A stretch of DNA of 64,000 bases, from positions 7,650 to 71,649 of the forward strand of contig JBMYOX010000007.1 in the NCBI GenBank assembly GCA_049599735.1, given 5' to 3'. The position numbers and the translations under genes were made by a program. A model generated the notes under the pieces. The model saw only the letters and a list, made by a program, of their open reading frames with translations, made no database searches and was not told the origin of the DNA. The DNA is from Pontibacterium sp. Its GTDB lineage: Bacteria > Pseudomonadota > Gammaproteobacteria > Pseudomonadales > Balneatricaceae. Each line of letters begins with the position of its first letter. Position 1 is the first letter of the stretch. Positions 61,375 through 64,000 of this stretch are shown in pieces.

Positions 61375-62562
61375 TTGAACGTTCAACTTTCAGACCGCGT
61401 TAATAACATCAAACCTTCTCCTACGCTGGCGGTCACCAACCGTGCAGCTGAACTGCGCGCGGCAGGTAAGAACATTATTGGCTTGGGTGCCGGCGAGCCG
61501 GATTTTGATACACCTGAGCACATCAAAGCGGCTGCTATTCAGGCACTTCAGAATGGCTTCACCAAATACACCGCTGTTGATGGTACTCCTGCGTTAAAAA
61601 CAGCCATTATTACCAAATTAAAAGTTGATAACGGCCTGGCATACGAAGCTAACCAGATTCTGGTTTCCTGTGGTGGCAAGCAGAGCTTTTTTAACCTGTC
61701 CCTGGCCTTGCTGAACGAAGGCGATGAGGTGGTTATCCCGGCCCCTTACTGGGTATCCTATCCGGACATGGTTAAAATTTCTGATGCGGTGCCTGTGATT
61801 GTTACTACAACACAAGCCCAGCGTTTCAAAATGACACCCGAGCAGCTGGACGGTGCCATTTCCGAAAAAACCAAACTGGTTGTTTTAAACAGCCCTTCCA
61901 ACCCAACCGGTGTTGCTTACAGCCGCGCGGAACTGGAAGCCCTGGGTGAAGTATTAAAAAAATACCCGAATGTGCTGATTGCGACCGATGATATGTACGA
62001 ACATATCCTCTTAAACGATCAGCCTTTCTGCAATATTCTGATGGCATGCCCGGATTTATATGATCGCACCATCGTCCTGAACGGTGTGTCTAAAGCGTAT
62101 TCTATGACCGGATGGCGTATCGGCTATGCAGCAGGTCCGCAGAAACTGATTGGTGCGATGAAAAAAATTCAGTCTCAGAGCACCTCGAACCCAACCTCTA
62201 TAGCCCAGGTTGCAGCTCAGGCAGCACTGGAAGGTTCTCAGGATTGTGTCGCTGAAATGGTTGTGGCGTTTAAAGAACGTCATAATTTTGTGGTTGAGAG
62301 CCTGAACAGCATCCAGGGCGTGGACTGCATCCCGGCTGACGGCACGTTTTATGCGTTCCCAAGCTTCCAGGCTATTATCGACAATGATGAGCGTTTTGAA
62401 GACGATATTGCCCTGGCCGAGTTTTTGCTGATCGAAGCCGGTGTTGCACTGGTTCCCGGTTCTGCCTTTGGCGCGCCTGGCAATATGCGCCTGTCATTTG
62501 CAACCAGCCTGGATATTTTGGCGGATGCTCTGAGTCGCATCAAAAAAGCGATCGAAGGCTAA
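61375..62562 (+). CDS. aspC: PLP-dependent aminotransferase class I/II (aspartate aminotransferase)
   Basis: GAGEPDFDTP, NSPSNPTG, DDMYEH, SKAYSMTGWRIGY; TTG start with GAGGGA RBS. Confidence 0.9.
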   Translation: MNVQLSDRVNNIKPSPTLAVTNRAAELRAAGKNIIGLGAGEPDFDTPEHIKAAAIQALQNGFTKYTAVDGTPALKTAIITKLKVDNGLAYEANQILVSCGGKQSFFNLSLALLNEGDEVVIPAPYWVSYPDMVKISDAVPVIVTTTQAQRFKMTPEQLDGAISEKTKLVVLNSPSNPTGVAYSRAELEALGEVLKKYPNVLIATDDMYEHILLNDQPFCNILMACPDLYDRTIVLNGVSKAYSMTGWRIGYAAGPQKLIGAMKKIQSQSTSNPTSIAQVAAQAALEGSQDCVAEMVVAFKERHNFVVESLNSIQGVDCIPADGTFYAFPSFQAIIDNDERFEDDIALAEFLLIEAGVALVPGSAFGAPGNMRLSFATSLDILADALSRIKKAIEG

Positions 62563-62598
62563 AAACGGGTTTATATAACACCCTGTTTGCCCGATGAT

Positions 62599-62632
62599 AA
62601 AAAGGCTGATGTGTTAAACATCAGCCTTTTTT
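62599..62632. terminator. Rho-independent terminator after aspC
   Basis: AAAAAGGCTGATGT-gttaa-ACATCAGCCTTTTT. Confidence 0.85.
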
Positions 62633-62791
62633 GTTTAAGTACTAAACACTTCAGAACGATGCCTGTTATCCGGCAGACACAGCACAGCTTTCGCTCCCCC
62701 AAAATCTCAGATCATTAGCCAGTATCCCTCTACTCTGATAGCCTTAAAAACTGAATCATTTGGAATAAAACTTTCTTTTTAAGAGAATCTT

Positions 62792-63622
62792 ATGGAAATT
62801 TTGACGCTGAAAACCTTTAAGGCAGTTGTTGATGAAGGTGGTATCAAAGGCGCGGCAGATAAGCTTCATACGGTTCAGTCCAACATCACTAACCGCATCA
62901 AAAAACTGGAAAGTGAACTGGATACAAAACTGTTTCACCTGGTTGGCAGAAAGCTACAGTTAACACCCGGTGGTCAGCAACTTTGTGAATATGCCAATCA
63001 GATTTTGCAGCTGGAATATCAGGCGACCGCTGCCATTTTACGCGATCAGGGCAGCTATGAATTAAGGGTTGGCATGCCGGAAACATTTGCAGCGGTTCAT
63101 ATGCCGCTGGCACTCAAACAGCTCAAGCAGAACCATTCTGAAATTCGCACAAAAATTTATACTGATACCAGTGACCGGTTGGTCTCTGCGGTCCTGAACA
63201 ATAAAGTGGATTGTGCCGCGCTGGGTAATGCTCCGCAACATGACAACCTTGTGGTCATCCCTATAGTGCAGGAAGAACTGGTCAGGGTGACACCGCTGGA
63301 CAGTGATCACGACCGCGTGCTCTTTGTACGAGAGGAAGGTTGTGGCTACAGGAAACACGCTCTACTCTGGCGACAGGAGGCTGGCCGGAGCAATGATGAG
63401 CTAATGGTAATGAGCAGTGCTGATGGTGTTTTAGGCTGTATCGCTGCCGGTTTGGGTTACACCGTTATTGGTAAAAACATGGTGATTGGCAGCCGTTATG
63501 AAGACGCGCTGGTTATGACCCCGGTGAACCACGGCCCAAAATATGTGCAGCTATCAATTGTCTACCGCAAAGGCAGCCCCTTAGAAGCAGGCACTCTGAC
63601 CCTTGCGAAACTTTTTAACTAA
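62792..63622 (+). CDS. LysR family transcriptional regulator
   Basis: LKTFKAVVDEGGIKGAADKLHTVQSNITNRIKKLESEL HTH. Confidence 0.93.
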   Translation: MEILTLKTFKAVVDEGGIKGAADKLHTVQSNITNRIKKLESELDTKLFHLVGRKLQLTPGGQQLCEYANQILQLEYQATAAILRDQGSYELRVGMPETFAAVHMPLALKQLKQNHSEIRTKIYTDTSDRLVSAVLNNKVDCAALGNAPQHDNLVVIPIVQEELVRVTPLDSDHDRVLFVREEGCGYRKHALLWRQEAGRSNDELMVMSSADGVLGCIAAGLGYTVIGKNMVIGSRYEDALVMTPVNHGPKYVQLSIVYRKGSPLEAGTLTLAKLFN

Positions 63623-63688
63623 ATAATCCGGGAGTGATTTAGTGTCACAGAAACTCTGATTAGCCTGTGGCCCCCTTAGAGGCTCTGA

Positions 63689-64000
63689 CTAATGCTCTGT
63701 CCCGGCATAAACCCACATCGGCTCTGTATTACCTGCCCTTTCAAAACCCAGTGCTTTGTAAAAATTAACCGCATCACCATCTGCCGTTAACATTTGCTGA
63801 TGAAAACCAGCGTACCGGGACTGCATTTTTTCCATCATTTTGCGGCCAATACCCAGTCCCTGATGCGTCGGATGCACCAGCATATGCGGGTAATAAACCA
63901 CCAAAAAACCGTCTGAAATGGCATTACCCATGCCAACCAGCTGCCCGTCTATTCGCGCAGTTACCAGGGTATCTGAGTTTTTTAAAGCTGACAGCAGCAG
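63689..64000 (-). CDS. GNAT family N-acetyltransferase, 5'-partial
   Basis: Frame open to the window end (LLLSALKNSDTLVTARIDGQLVGMGNA...); HPTHQGLGIG acetyl-CoA motif, FYKALGF. Confidence 0.88.
   Translation of the reverse strand: MLLSALKNSDTLVTARIDGQLVGMGNAISDGFLVVYYPHMLVHPTHQGLGIGRKMMEKMQSRYAGFHQQMLTADGDAVNFYKALGFERAGNTEPMWVYAGTEH

Noticed and set aside
62563-62790. tRNA downstream of aspC (as I recall in pseudomonads)
   Set aside because: No cloverleaf or T-loop GTTCRA motif; only a terminator.

Overview
Chromosomal window from a marine-type gammaproteobacterium (Oceanospirillales-like, inferred from gene content: pdxB, epmC, type II thrB, divergent uvrB/aspC). In order: htpX (partial), two DEAD-box helicases, pgm, an AT-rich orphan membrane gene, NAD-kinase family, PilZ, pdxB, an MCP and a stand-alone trpB; a 1.3-kb P2-like prophage tail relic that keeps its -1 frameshift signal; an EamA/COG0523/SCO block; a complete thiosulfate-oxidation cluster soxCDXYZAKB; a LuxR solo beside a ~4,890-aa repetitive surface protein (six exact 7-repeat blocks, two ELW-type propellers, Ig-like spacers, a dockerin-like C-terminus and a 2.2-kb near-identical internal duplication); and a glycine/serine/C1 cluster (gcvP-gcvH-glyA-sdaA <- XRE-cupin regulator -> gcvT-lipA-sarcosine oxidase gamma-like-thrB). 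That cluster has a repeated palindromic operator (GTTTCC-TATT-GGAAAC) and a three-way-junction RNA candidate in the gcvT leader. The window ends with a FecR-domain protein, uvrB, aspC, LysR and a partial GNAT. No tRNA, rRNA, CRISPR array or intact IS was seen. All assignments are by eye from motifs; no database searches were run.
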